Source: the human T2T-CHM13v2.0 reference genome, Homo sapiens. Taken from it: 64,000 nucleotides of DNA. The notes under the pieces were generated by a model, which had not been told where the DNA came from, did not search any database, and saw nothing but the letters and a program-made list of their open reading frames with translations. The stretch is taken from the NCBI RefSeq assembly GCF_009914755.1, contig NC_060931.1; one strand, given 5' to 3'. Position 1 is the first letter of the stretch. Each line of letters opens with the position of its first letter. This document shows positions 27,214 to 41,200 of this stretch, in pieces. Made by a program: the position numbers and the translations under genes.

Positions 27214-27525
27214 GCCTGACCTGGTCAGGGCATTTCATTTTTCCTCTCTATCTAGAAAGATAATTTCATAGAAAAAAGAAAAGTGTAACATAATTAATAT
27301 TTCAATATTTTACATCTAGCTCCTTTGGTCCATTTTATATGACCTGTCAAAATCATTGAGGGGTCCACGTGTGGCATGATTCACATTGTCCTGACATGCA
27401 GCTATGTGAACTGGGTACAGTAGATGAACCCATCCAAGATAGTGCTCAAATATTTGTGAACTTCACCAGCTTTATTTGAGAAAAATGTCTATATACCACA
27501 ATTATGTTGTTGAACCATTAGTTAG

Positions 27526-27847
<322 letters not shown>

Positions 27848-29219
27848 TAATGAGCTTCACAGATGCCTATGTGAAATTACCTATTGATCATCATTGGCTC
27901 CAATGGGAAATTCTAAACATGGCATGATTGTATATTTAAAAGTTTTGATGATTATGATATATATTAGAAAGCATATTACCAGTTGCAAGTAAGTAAAGGA
28001 AAAACTTTTACACTATAGTCAAATGGTAAAAGAATTCCATAAAAAGGCTCACAATAACACAAACAAGAATGACTTTTCTATAACTTACTCCAAGGAAACT
28101 TTATCTTCAGATGGGCCTTAGGTTTATTTCAACAATCCCAGGCTGTTGTACATATAAAATGAGAAAATTATGTAAAAGACAGTGACAACAACACTAAATA
28201 AAAATATAGCACGCTGAAAGAGGAAAATAAAGCACTTTTTTTAAATAAGGAGGAAGAGTACATTAATAAACAGATGATTTTGAATTCAATCAAATTAAAG
28301 TTATTATATTTCAGAAATTTCATTGTCACATTTCTGCAGGAGCACATACTATGAAAAGGAATAGTCACATATTTTCATGCTTTTTCTGTTGAATTTACCT
28401 GTTCATTCTTCACATCCCAAAATAAAAGGGCAAATTTACAAAACAATTATCCTGTAAAATTAAAAAAATGCTTCTAAAGAACTAGTATGGTTAATAAAAT
28501 CTCTTAAAAAATTATACAGATAACTAGGGTCTCGCCTGGATATACACCTGACACCATAAACTACATGATCTGCTCCATACCACAATGCACCAATGGAAAT
28601 TCTTTTTGCGCCACCTCAGTTTCCCACCCTAGTTGTTTCAGTGCTGTAGTTCAAAAGAATGGGACAATTCTTTTATCATTGCTTGTTGCCTACAGTGAGA
28701 CACCATAGGGAAGATGACCACTGAACACAGTCATTTAATAATATTTTCCTTTTCTATTGTCTATCTTCCTACAAATTCTATGAGCCATATTAAAATAATG
28801 AATGATATACAGGTATAACAAATCGCTCCTTATTTATCTCAAAAGAGGTTCTAGTAGTTGTGAAAATTAAATATGGCATTTCGAATATATATGAAAAATA
28901 TTTGTTAATTGTAACATTATATAAACTATTTAAAATGCATGCAAAATTTGTTGAAAATTATTATGATCTGTGGATGTTCAATAATGTATCTTGTCATTTA
29001 ATAGGTTTGAATATAAGCATTTTTAGTCTCAAAACAGCTTTTCACACTGCGTTTTAGAAAGATTTTCTGGAAAATATTACCCATGTGAATTATGATATGT
29101 ATTATTTAGTATTATAAGTAAACATTTATATTTTCTTTACATTTAAATTACTACAAATTTCAGGTATGAAAGTACACAGATGAGACTTAAATTCCTTGAA
29201 AGTACCTATTTAAATAGCT

Positions 29220-29529
29220 TATTATTATTATTATTTATTTATTTTTTGAGACAGGGTCTTGCACTATCACCCAGGCTAGAGTGCAGTGGCACAATCTTGG
29301 CTCACTGCAACCTCTGCCAACCGGGTTCAAGTGATTCTCCTGCCTTAGGCTCCTGAGTAGCTGGGATTACAGGCACCCACCACCACACCCAGCTAGTTTT
29401 TGCATTTTTAGTAGAGACAGGGTTTCACCATGTTGGCCAGCCTGGTCTTGAACTCCTGACCTCAAGTGATCCACTGACCTCAGCCTCCCAAAGTGCTGGG
29501 ATTACAGGCGTGAGCCACCATGCCTGGCC
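29220..29529 (-). mobile_element. Alu (AluSx/Sz-like)
   Basis: Full dimer, ctcaagtgatcc, TSD aatagctt. Confidence 0.95.
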
Positions 29530-31449
29530 TTTAATAGCTTTTAATAGGAAATTAAGACAGTCTGGAGTTTTGCTGAATATGTAGCATCGATGATAGGATT
29601 TGTTGCAAAGTCTTTTGCTTAATAGGCTACTAAACACTGAAAAAGACAATAATTAGGTAATTCAAGAACTTAGTATTAACATAAAACATTATCAAATATA
29701 TGTTTTCATAACCTCTAGGATTACTTAATATTGTATGCTCCTTAAATGGGCAAAAGCTATTCCTCTCTTTATAATACAAAATTTCATGTTATTTCTTGAT
29801 CTATATTTAATATTTACCATCACATTAAAAACATCTTACTGACTAAAATTATTCAGTTAGTTAAAAATCTTACAGGTTACTCTACATCCAAACATATGCC
29901 ACACAAAAGCTCCTGACGTCTGTTCATTTTATTCATTCCACATGTATTTTTCTAACACTTCATATGTGGTAGGCACTACACAATTCATCACCTTTGCTTA
30001 TGTCTAACATTTTATGGTGTTATAAAAATTAATAAAAATGATAGTCTACTAGAAAACAATTGGAAATATCTAAGCAATTAGTAAAATAAAGATCATTCAC
30101 ACAGGAGGAAGTTCCAAAACTTTTGCAAGTATATGAAGAAAACCCCAGATTCATTAGTCATTAGAAAGTGCAAATTGAAGCCATAATATATTACCTAACT
30201 GTCATCATATTGGGACATATTTGAAAACCATAAAATGCTATGTGTTGATTGGAATGTGGGATTGGTGACCTTGAGTGACTATAAATAGATAAAACAACCC
30301 CTTATTTACAATTTATTAACATGTAATTATTTTAATGAGAATGCACATGAGTGCAACTGTTCTGGAAGGCAATCTGGCAGAATGTAGTTAAATTAAGCAT
30401 ATGCATACTCTATCACCTAAAAATTCTTTGTGGGTATGTATTTGTGAGGAGGTGGAGGTATCAAGAGAAATAGGCATTGAGAGCATTGAGAGTGCTGTGA
30501 ACGCTCACGATGAAAATACTTGGCAGAGGCTGGAAGAAACAGACCATACCAGGTGTTAACACCAGAAGGTGGATCCATCCTGAAGTCTTTGCCAAGTTAA
30601 AAACAAGTGAGAAACAGGATCTGACCTATAGGGCAATGTTATTTATGTTGATTTAAATAACACGCGCACAAAATAAATCATTACATATTTTATGAATAAA
30701 TACCAAGCATCTCATAAATTATAATAGTTGTTCACAGAAGGGAGAGCAGAATGGGAAAATAAGATAGAGGAAAATGAATGTGTTAATAAATGAATAAAGA
30801 AATGAAAAAAATGCAGGAGCAGACCTTGAAAAAAAACAAAGGCCCAAACCTAATTTAAAAATGTGTAGTATAAATTATTTGTAATTTGTTTGCTATCTTT
30901 TCCATACTAAGATTATTAATCACGACTATAGGTTAATTTTCCAAATTTGAACAATCACTCTCAGGAGTCTTCTATAAAGCGCTAGCAGCAGCAGCAAAAG
31001 ATCAGCTGAACATGGCCATCTCCCCTGGCGGACTCAACAGCAAACACATCTTGCAAGTGGGGTTCAATACAATTGTCCAAATCAATTATACTCATTGCTC
31101 ATTCATTTTAATGTTAGGCAGTGTTAATGTATGAGAAAGACATAGATAGAGAAGTGGATTTTATTTTTTAAATTTATATATTTTTCATATTTTACAATTT
31201 TGATCTATTTATATATTAACATAAAAGGGGGAAAGGTAAGAAGGATGGAAGAAAGGAAAGAAGAAGGATCAAAGAAAGGAAGGAGTAAAAAGAAAGGAAG
31301 GGGGGAATCTTTGGTAAAGGAAAAAACTAGTATTTGAATAGTGTCCTGCTTATTTACAGAACAAGGAGATACACTCAGTCATAATAAGAGATTTAAACTA
31401 GGGTATATTTTCCTGAGTATATTTATTTTGAAATATACAATAAACTATT

Positions 31450-31988
31450 TGTAATGGTTAATATTGAGTGTCAACTTGATTGGATTGAAGGATGCAGTAT
31501 TGTTCCTGGGTGTGTCTGTGAGGGTGTTGCCAAATCAGATTAACATTTTAGTCAATGAGCTGGGAGAGGCTGACCCACCCTCAGTCTGGGTGGGTACCAG
31601 CTAATCAGCTGCCAGTGTGGCTAGAATAAAGCAGGCAGAAGAAGCTGGAAAGAGCCGACCTGCTGAGTCTTCCGGCCTTCATCTTTCTCTAGTGATGGAT
31701 GCTTCCTGCCCTAGAACATCAGACTCCAAGTTCTTTAGCTTTTGGACTCTTGGATGTACACCAGTGGTTTGCCAGGGACTCTTGGGCCTTTGGGCACTGC
31801 TGGCTTCCTACTTTTGAGGTTTTGGGATTCGGGCTGATCCACTACTGGTTTCCTTGCTCCTCAACTTGCAGATGGCCTATCATGCGACTTTATATTGTGA
31901 TCGTGAGTCAATTCTCCTTAATAAACTCCCTTTCATATATACATATATCCTATTAGTGCTATCTCTCTAGAGAACCCTGACTAATCCA
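31450..31988 (+). mobile_element. MLT2A (ERVL) solo LTR
   Basis: TGtaatggttaatattgagtgtcaacttgattggattgaaggatgc start; ctagagaaccctgactaatcCA end; 5-bp TSD ctatt/ctgtt. Confidence 0.9.
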
Positions 31989-32335
31989 CTGTTGTTAAGT
32001 ATATTCACTCTACTGTGCTATTGAACACTGGATCTTATTTATTCTCTCCAACTGTATTTTTGTACCCATTAACCAACCTCTTTTCATGCCTCACTTAAAA
32101 TCCTTCCCAGCCTTTGGCAACCATCATTTTATTCTCCATCTGTATGAGATCAACATTTTTAGCTCCTACATATGGAGTGAGAACACGCAATATTTTATTT
32201 TCTATGACTGGCTTATTTCATCTAACATAATGACCTCCAATTCCAGCCCTGTTGCTGCAAATGATGAGATCTCATTCCTTTTTATGGCTGAATAGAATTC
32301 CATGGTGTATACAGGTACAATCTCTTTACCCATTT
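31989..32335 (-). mobile_element. L1MA 3' fragment (continues at about 31405-31449 across the LTR)
   Basis: ttttagctcctacatatggagtgagaacacgcaat; tcattcctttttatggctgaatag. Confidence 0.8.
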
Positions 32336-35300
32336 ATAAAATTTTGAAGTTGAAAAGTGTTGTGTTGAAGAGCTAATCTCATAATAATATTGATATTTTT
32401 TAAATTATTATTGCTATTATTTTTATTTTTTGTACTCATGGTTCAAACAAAACTTAAAATAGAGCTTCAATATACAAAATATATAAAAATGGGCCTACTT
32501 TCATCAAAGCAGGCTCAATCTGCCTTCTAGCCTCCTCACCATTCTCCAGATCCTATTCTATGGGTACCCTTAGACACACCCTGTTTCCCTGATGTACATG
32601 AGTTGTGAGTTTAAAATAACATAACAACCTGAATAAGGGCATAAGAACAATTGCTATTAACTAGGACACTGTTTCTTGAGATGTACTGGAAGGAAGGTAC
32701 TCTGAATTTCCGTTTATTGAAAATGAAATCTTAATTGGTTTAAAAACTATAATTTTTTTAAACCCAATAACTATAGGAATAAGGCTTTCAAATAGAGCTC
32801 TGTGTAATATTTACCATTAAAAATTAAAATTTGCCTATCTCTCAATAAACAGAATACACACTATTTTTATATAGATAAATATTTTCTTTATCAGAAATAT
32901 GGTTTATGAGCCACCTTGCTGTTGGTAGCTGACTGTTGACATGTTCTTTTCACCCTAATTGAATTGTGTTCACATGTAGTTTGGTTATTTACTAGTTGTT
33001 GTGCCCTTGAGCAAGTTGGTTAATCCTCCTTCATCCTTGACTCCCTCAAGGGGATTATACTTGCTAGGTGACTGCTCTAGTTTTATTTCCATCCTATGAT
33101 AGAGAATACAATATGACAGAATGGGAAACACAAAACAGCTGCTTGTTTACAACTTGTAAATATGCATTTTTTGAGCTGAAGGTTTATATAAGAAATTTAA
33201 AAAATACTTTAGGATCCTAAAACTTCCATTTTGTTCTTAATTATTTTCCTTATCTATAGCTGTTCTTGACATATACAGTAAAACTTCCCCAAGCATAGAA
33301 ATCATGTCATCTAATTTTTCTTTTTTGCACTTCCCACATCTCCTCTCATGGCCCTCTCAGTGGCAGTTGTCCAGGTTCTTTGGCTTTGTCTTTGCTCCCC
33401 TGGGTGCCAATGGTGTCCCCCTTACTGAGTTTCTTTTCTCTCGGCATTGTTACATTGTTATATTTGTAACATTTGGATTGGTTAACTCTGCATGGGACAT
33501 CCAATCTGCAGTCTGAATCTAAATTTGGTTTAAATCTACATGCCAAGCAGACAAATATTTATCATTAATGCCACTAACCCAAAGTTGATTTAAATGCAAA
33601 ATACCAAAATTTTACTCCATCATACACTTAAAAAACATGTGATACGTCATAATCTTATCTCTTCATAATATAAAGATAATATAATTTTAAACTCATTAAA
33701 AATTTTAATGCAAATTTTATAAATGAATATTCTTTCAAATTTTAGTAGTATTAAATATACATACACAGGAGATTTGCAGTATCATCCTACTCTTTTGCTT
33801 TAAGTCACTGTATTTTTATATTGAATATAAAATGAATGAAACAGATTGTTATGCAAACTTATATGCTATGATAATATACTCTGTTTCCATTTTTGGGCAG
33901 GACTGTTGACAAGAATTCTTTAGATAAATGTTATACAGCATGGATATCTTTTTAAATCGCTCAGAGTTAGAGAAGGTAAATTCTGTATTTGAAACTCTCA
34001 TTGATTTGGGATGTGATCTTGGACAATTTACTTTCCATGTACTTTCTTTCACTCTCAAATTTTGTGAAGAACAAGCAATTAAAATTAGCAAAGTGTGGCT
34101 TGCATATATAAACTCCAAAATGAAATAAATTTACATATTTTTAAAACTTTTCATCACATTTTGAATAAAAGAAATTTAAGAAATACCAAAGACTACAGTT
34201 GAATGGTCTGAGCTGACTGGTATTTCTTTTCTAGGTCTGAGTACATTGAAAGTATTTAGAGTCAATGACTTCTTTACTCACATATCTAAAATAGATTTAG
34301 CTCCAATCACAAAAAAGTATAATTGTAAAATAAACAGATTCTTACTTATATCACAGTATTAATAGTTAACAATAAAAATATTGTTCAAAAGGATTTCATC
34401 GTCAAATGTGTTGTAAAAGCTCAAGTCACAACCATTTTTTAGGCTAATGTTATATAGTAAGCAAGATACTTATAAGTACTGTAGTTTTAATCTGTTATAC
34501 TATATATTTAAAAAGTGACACCTAAGAGGTGATATAACTTGTCTAATATCCCACAGAATGGTAGTACAGAAATATGAACCCCAACCATCTCCTAGGCCAA
34601 TGCATGTATCAGTAAATAAAAAAACTAATTCAACTTATGCCAACTAAGCCTACATGCTAGCCTACCTGAAGGCAAACTATGTTCAAATATGTGAAACTTA
34701 GCAAAAATAACATATATTATTTGTAATGCCATTTAAATTGCAACATAATATGATAATTTGGAAATTTTATTAATTGCCTACATGCTGATATTATTTGGAG
34801 GCTTGGACATGCAAAAACTGAAGACATTATTGAACGAAGAGAAAGTTGCTGTGGGATATATCACTTATGGTGAGTAAACAGTGACAGAAATGAATAAAAT
34901 TTGATTGGGTCTCTTATCCCTTTTCCCCATCTCACTCCCAGAAGAGAAGACAATGTCGTATTTCTCCAGGGAGATTGATGAAAAATTATGCTGAATCTTA
35001 CTGGGAAGAAAAATAATGTAAGAAGGATGAAAGAATAGGAGGTGCAGATTCAGTGCTAGGGAGGAAATGGTGGTTGGAGGTTCCAAAGGAAGTAGGGACC
35101 AGCATCCTGCTTGTTTATATTGCCTATGGAAGATGTCTGGCATATTTTTTCAATAAAAATTGCCAAGAGGTGCCTTTAGAAAGTTGAACACTAGATTCTG
35201 TGACTCTCAATGTAGGCAAAACTACTCTTGTGAAAACTTGGGCACAGTTAAGGGAGCTACTCATTATCAGGAAAGTGTGCTAGCTTTGACATTGCACTCT

Positions 35301-36002
35301 TAGTGGCGTGGACTGATGTACAGAGGCCCAAACTCCAGTGTTCTAGAATGTGTAATACCCTCACTGGGAAGTTCCTCAAGGCATGTGGTGCAGGAAACAC
35401 CAAATGATGAATGCAATTCAATTTCCTACCAACAGATGAAAGAAAGATTGGACTTGATTACATTTGATTTACAGAAAAAGTAATATTTCTTATACTCAAA
35501 TATGACTGTTGCAAAGATATGCTTTTTAAACATACTTAGTGTGAATAAGGGAATACAATTAGCCATGATTTGTGGACCAACCTGTTAGAAGATTATCATG
35601 ATAAGATTCGATTTCTAATCACCGTGACCACTAAAACAATCCAGTCCAGTATTTCCTTGAAGGATTGGTATAGATGCCAAAAGCCACTTTATGGCTACAG
35701 TTCATTGTATGTCTCATTCTATGTGTTATTTGGAACAGACTGAATCAGAAAGTGGCTGAATGAGGCAGAATAAGGGATATGAGTATATTAGTATAATTTG
35801 ATTGGCCCCTAGAAAATAATGTTACATGGGGAGTTATCCAATAATAGATATGTAATGTCATCATCTCACTTGAAGTAGATTGCAGTTTATAAGTTTATAA
35901 CTTCTTCCTAGTTTAATATCACAATTTATTTGTTAGAATGCTCAGAATGGATGTTTTTTACTAACTTTCTAATAAAATGATATTAACAGATTAATACTGG
36001 TC

Positions 36003-36400
36003 TGCTGTGGTTTGAACGCCTCCTCAAAAACTCATGTTGCAATTTAATTGCCAATGTTATGGTATTGGGGGGTGGGTAGGGCCTTTAAGAGATGATGAGG
36101 CCAAGCCCTAATGGATGGATTAATGCCATTATTTCAGGAGTGGGTTAGTTATCCCAAAAGTGAGTTCCAGATACAAAGGATGAGTTCAACCTGATTTCCT
36201 TACTCTCTCTGTGTTGTATGCTTACTTGAAAGAGCATGCCTCTTCACTATTTTATGACACAGCAAGAAGGTCCTCTCAAGATGCCAGCACTGTGATCTTA
36301 GACTTATCAGCCTGAAGAACTTTAAGAAATGAATTTCTTTTCTTTATAAATTACTCAGTCTCTGCTATTCTCTCATAGTAGCAGAAAACAGACTAAAATG
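36003..36400 (+). mobile_element. MaLR solo LTR (MSTC/MSTD-like)
   Basis: tgctgtggtttgaacg..aaaactcatgttg; ttctttataaattactcagtctc..tagtagcagaaaacagactaa. Confidence 0.85.
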
Positions 36401-37154
36401 CTATCAAATCTTATGAATACCATAATCATTTAACAATAACAAACTAAACCAATACTATATGGATTGTGTAGAAATCCACAATTAATTGAATGGACTTAGG
36501 AAGCTAGGGTAGTTGATGCACTTAGGAATGAGAAATGCTTGCCTTAACTGTTGCCTCCTCTGCTTTAAGTATTCTTACTGAATTATTAATAATTTAACTT
36601 CAGTTATGTTGATAACCTTTATGATATTCATATATTCTGTACTGTTCTTTTTTAACTGTTACTTAAATGTATCTTACTACTCAGATGATAGATTTTAACA
36701 TAAAATATCACTTTATACTAGGAAAGTGTCTCCTAACAAATATAAATGCTATCTGAACTAGTGGCAAAATCATCATCACTGCCACCACCATCTCCACTGT
36801 ACATAGATATAAGGACAATATAAATTTCATTTTATAACATAATTTGACAGATAAAATACCCAGAAGTTTGCATAGATTACTGAGGTATAACTTTAAAGCA
36901 TGTGTAAAATGAGATAAAATGGAAATCATGTTTCTGAAAAAGAAAGTTAGAAGAAAGAAATCTCTCAATCAAAATTTAAGAGTAAAAGGAAAATTCAAAT
37001 ATATTCATCCTATAGTATAAGAAAATAAAATGTTTCTTTTGACAAAGGAGGAGAGAGGTTTTATCACAACCCAAATATTAAAAGTATGCTTCACAAGAAA
37101 TAATACAACATGGTCAATTGTTATGTATAAAAATGTTAATTAAAGATTAATATT

Positions 37155-38210
37155 TTAATTGAAGAGGAAGAAATACTTCCAAACTCATTGTATAAGGCCA
37201 GTATTACCCTGATACCAAGGCCAGACAAGGATGCTACAAAGGAAAATTACAGACCATTATCCCTGATGAACATAGATGCAAAACTTCTCAATAAAATACT
37301 AACATACTGAATTCAACAGCGCATTAAAATGATCATCCACCATGATCAAGTGGGATTTATCATTGGGATGCAACAAGGTTTCAACATATGGAAGTCAATA
37401 CACGTGCTACACATTAAAAAAATGAAGAACAAAAAGCATATGATCATCTCAATAAATGTAGAAAAAGCATTTGACAAAATTCAACATCCTCTCATGACAA
37501 AAAACTCTCAACAAATTGTGTATACAAGGAATATACCTCAAAATGTTAAAGTCCATGTATGACAAATCTGCAACTAATATCATACTCAATGAAGAAAAGT
37601 TGAAAGTTTTTCTCTAAGATGTTGGTATCCATTCTCACTAATTCCATCAACATAGTACTGGAAGTCCTACCCAGAGCATTGGGAAAGAAAAAGAAAGAAA
37701 ATACATCTATACTGGAGAAGAAAAGGTTAAAATTGTCTATTTGCAGATGACACGATGTTATATATGGAAAACAGTCAAGACTCCACCAAAATACTGTTAT
37801 AATTAATAAACAAATTCAGTAAAGTTACAGGATATAAAATCAACAACAAAAATCAGCCTATACTATACTCAGCTTATACTATGCACTTCTAAACACTGAC
37901 AAACTATCTGAAAAAGAAATTTTGAAATATCATATATGATAGCTACAAAAAGAAACTATTTGGGAATAAATTTAGCCAAGAAGGTGAAAAATCTATGCAC
38001 TGAAAATGATAATACTGATGAAAGAAACTAAAAAAGACACAAATAATAGAAAAAATACTATGCGCCTATGGATCAGAAGACTCAATATTGTTAAAATGTC
38101 CATACTAACCAAAGTGATCTGCAGATTAAATGCAATCCCTACCAAAATTTCAATGTAATTTTTCATAGAAATAGAAAAAAATCTTGAAATTCATGTGGAA
38201 CCACAAGAGA
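37155..38210 (+). mobile_element. L1 ORF2 reverse-transcriptase-region fragment (degenerate)
   Basis: [10 protein letters not shown]...[18 protein letters not shown] (ORF 37329..37562); tatttgcagatgac (FADD motif). Confidence 0.93.
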
Positions 38211-41200
38211 TATGGTGTCTATGGGGTGAGGCTTGGCTCCTCTGAAAAGGCAGGGAAGAGTGGGAAGGATTGCGTTTGGTTGTTTGAGGGCCAGCTCAGC
38301 TGCAATACAATAGAACACCAGGTAGACTTCTAAGATTTTTGACTCTGGTTCCTGACTCCTGGATGGCACTTCTGGACCCACCTGGGGCCTGGTGGACCTC
38401 ACCACCCTGAAGGGAAAGACACAGGCCTGGCTGGCTTTGCCACCTGCTAATTGTAGAGTTCCAGGGCTGTGAGTGAACATAGGCAATAGACAGGAAGTGG
38501 TTATAGCAGGCCTTGGGCAAGATCCAGTGCTGTGCTGACTTTAGGTCTTACCCAGTGTAGTCACAGTGATGTTGCCCACAGGGGTGCTTGTGTCACTCAA
38601 CCCCCAGCTTTAGGTGGCTCAGAACAGAGAGAGACAGACGTTATGTTTGGGAGAAAGTAAGAGAAGAGAACAAGAGTCTCTGTCTGGTAATCCAGAGAAT
38701 TCTCCCAGATCTTGTGCTACACCACCAAGGTTGTACCTTTACAAGTCTGCCAGAACCACAGCATTACTGGGCTTGGGGTGCCCCCTAAAGCAGACATAGC
38801 TTAGACCATAACACCAAGTCATTTGAAATATCTGGAAAGCCTTCCCAAAAGGACAGTTACAAATAAGCCCAGACAGTAAAGACTACAGTAAATACCTAAG
38901 GGTCTTCAATGCCCAGACAGGAAAACATGACCTCACCTAATGAACTAAATAAGGCACCAAGAAACAATCCTGGAGAAACAAAGATATGTGACCTTTTAGA
39001 CAAAGAATTCAAAATATTTGTGTTGAGGAAATGCTAAGAAACTCAAGAACACAGAGAAGGAATTCAGAATTCTATTAGATAAATTTAATAGAGTATGAAA
39101 TAACTAAAAGGAATCAAGCAGAAATTCTGGAGGTGAAAAATGCAATAGATGCAACTGAATAATGCATCAGAGGTCTTTAATAGAAGAATTGATCAAGCAA
39201 AAGAAAGGATTAGTGAGCTTGAATACAGGCTATTTTAACGTACACCAAGAAGACAAAAAAAGAGAGAATTTTAAAAATAAAGCACACCTACAGGATCTAG
39301 GAAACGCCTCAAAAGGGCAAATCTAATAGTTATTGGCCTTAAAGAGGAAGTAGAGGAAGAGATTGGGGTAGAAAGTTTATTCAAAGGGATAATGACAGAG
39401 AATGTCCCAAACCTAGAGAAATATATCAATATCCAAGAACAAGAAGGTTTTAGAGGGCCAAGCAGATTTAACCCAAAGACAACTACCTAAAGGCATTTAA
39501 TAATCAAACTCCCAAAGGTCAAGGATAAAGCAGCAAGAGAAAAAAAAATAACATACAATACAGCTCCAATACATCTGGTAGCAGACTTTTCAGTGGAAAC
39601 CTTACGGGCCAGGGAGAGTGATATGACTTATTTAAAATGCTGAAGAAAAAAATCTTTTACGTTAGAATAGTATGTCTGGTAAAAATACCCTTCAAACATG
39701 AAGGAGAAATAAATACTTAACCCAGACAAAAAAAAGCTGAGGGATTTCAATACCAGAGCTGTCCTACAAGAGATGCTAAAGGGGGTACACTTCAATCACA
39801 AAGAAAAGGACAGTAATGAGCAATAAATAATCACCTGATGGTCCAAAATTCATTGGTAATAGTATGTACACAGAGAAACACATATTATTATAACGCTGTA
39901 ACTGTAGTTTGTAAACTACTCTTATCCTAGGTAGAAGATTAAATGATGAACCAATCAAAAATAATAACTACAACAACTTTTCAAGACATAGCATAATAAG
40001 ATATAAATAGAAACAACAAAAAGTTAAAAAGTGGGGGGATGAAATTAAGGCATAGAGTTTTTATTAGTTTTCTTTTTGCTTGTTTGTTTATGCAAATAGT
40101 GTTAAGTTATTATCAGGTTAAAATAATGGGTTATAAGATAGTATTTGCAAGCCTCAAGGTAACCTCAAACCAAAAAGCATATGATATATACGCAAAAAAT
40201 AAAAAGCAAAAACTAAATTATATCACTAGAGAAAATCATCTTCACTAGAGGAAAACAGGAAGGAAAGAAAGGAGGAAGAGAAGACCAGAAAATAAACAAC
40301 AAAATGGCAGGAGTAGGCTCTAACTTATCAGTAATAACATTGAATGTAAATGGACTAAACACTTCGATCAAAAGATATAGAGTGGCTGAATGGGTGAATA
40401 AACAAGACCCATTGTTCTGTTGCCTACAAGAAATACACTTAACCTGTAAAGACACACATAGACTGAAAATAAAGGGAGGGATGAAGATATTTCATGCCAA
40501 TGTAAACCAAAAATGGGAACCTAGAAATTAATAACAGGAGGAATTTTGGAAACTATTCAAGTACATGGAGTTATTACACTTAGAAAAAGTAGATTCCAAG
40601 ACAAAAGCTATAAGAAGAGACAAAGAAGTTCACTATATAATGATAAAGAGGTCAATTCAGCAAGAGAATATAACAATTGTAAATATATATGCACCCAACA
40701 CTGGATTACCCAGATATGTAAGGGAAATATTGTTAGAGCTAAAGAGAGAGGTAGGCTCCATTACAATAATAGCTGGAGACTTCAAAACCCCATTTTCAGC
40801 AGAAAATCAGACAAAGAAACATGAGACTTAATCTACACTATAGACCAAATGGATCCAATAGATATTTATAGAACATTTCAGCCAAGAGCTGCGGAATACA
40901 CATTCTTTTCCTCAGCACATGGATCATTCTCAAGGATAGACCACATGTTAGGTCACAAAACAAGTTTTAAAACATTCAAATAATGGAAATCACCAAGTAT
41001 TTTCTCTTACTACAATGAAATAAATCTAGAAATAACCAGAGGAATTTTGGAAAGTATTCAAATATATAGAAATTAAACAATATGCTCCTGAATGACCAGT
41101 GGATCAATAAAGAAATTTAGAAATTGTAAAATTTCTTGAAACAAACGATAATGGAAACACATACTAAAACCCATGCAAAAGCAGTACTGAGAGGGAAGTT

